Positions 37,468 through 37,818 of a stretch of 37,818 nucleotides of DNA are shown piece after piece. Below the pieces are notes generated by a model that did not search any database, was not told the DNA's origin, and saw only the letters and a program-made list of their open reading frames with translations. The translations under genes were made by a program, and so were the position numbers. The first letter of the stretch is position 1. Each line of letters starts with the position of its first letter. Origin of the DNA: an uncultured bacterium (GTDB lineage: Bacteria; B130-G9); NCBI GenBank assembly GCA_965372715.1, contig CBDVDH010000038.1:1-37818 (forward strand). Direction: 5' to 3'.

Positions 37468-37818
37468 TCAGCGCGGCGCAGCAACCGCATCAGCCCGCAG
37501 CGTAAACGGGAAGAGCGAGATCTCGCCGATTATCTCGAATTCGTCCGGCGTCGAGAGCGCCGCCGCAAAGAGATAGGCGCCGAATGGGATGCCGTCCGGA
37601 ACCGTTGCCTCGAACATCGGCGCGGGGCCGTAGGAATAGCCCTCGGGCAAGAGCATATACTCCATCCAGGGCTGGATTTCGCCAATTAGACCCCCGTGCG
37701 GAGTTATGCAGAATATCGCTCCGTCTGGCAGCACGAAACCAACATAGACATCGACCTCGATACCCAGCCCGTCGTTTGCGACCTTGAGCGAGCCGACGAG
37801 ATAACCTCCGGGACGGAA
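37468..37818 (-). CDS. 3' end of a probably secreted protein with a beta-rich C-terminal domain (runs off window)
   Basis: Frame open to the edge: FRPGGYLVGSLKVANDGLGIEVDVYVGFVLPDG...YLFAAALSTPDEFEIIGEISLFPFTL. Confidence 0.8.
   Translation of the reverse strand, partial: FRPGGYLVGSLKVANDGLGIEVDVYVGFVLPDGAIFCITPHGGLIGEIQPWMEYMLLPEGYSYGPAPMFEATVPDGIPFGAYLFAAALSTPDEFEIIGEISLFPFTLRADAVAAPR

Overview
This is a GC-rich bacterial chromosomal window of mostly housekeeping genes: lon, gatA, tgt-yajC, secD-secF, rel, ridA, groES-groEL with a perfect CIRCE, and rmlD-dapB-HAD. Accessory genes are interspersed: a MazEF-type toxin-antitoxin (TA) pair, two tandem MNT-HEPN TA pairs, a Schlafen/AlbA-HATPase-wHTH protein, a pentapeptide-repeat K+ channel, an orphan MotA/ExbB-like protein and a TetR-radical SAM operon. 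Most larger intergenic gaps carry REP-like palindromes or 8/9-nt periodic repeats from several distinct families. The most notable observations are: (1) what looks like the 5' part (domain I) of a group II intron inserted in the loop of a REP hairpin, 6871-7117; (2) a tandem MNT-HEPN duplication in which one toxin has lost its catalytic His while the antitoxins share an 88-bp near-identical block; (3) a FabD-like protein lacking the catalytic Ser and Arg; (4) a ComEA-like helix-hairpin-helix insert in SecF; (5) a duplicated TetR promoter/operator whose upstream copy has a dead start codon; (6) a glycosyltransferase-deacetylase-ATPase block splitting the tgt-yajC-secDF operon. Secreted-protein C-terminal motifs suggest an uncultured lineage such as Ca. 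Coatesbacteria, which is inference from memory and unverified. All calls come from reading motifs by eye; no searches were run.
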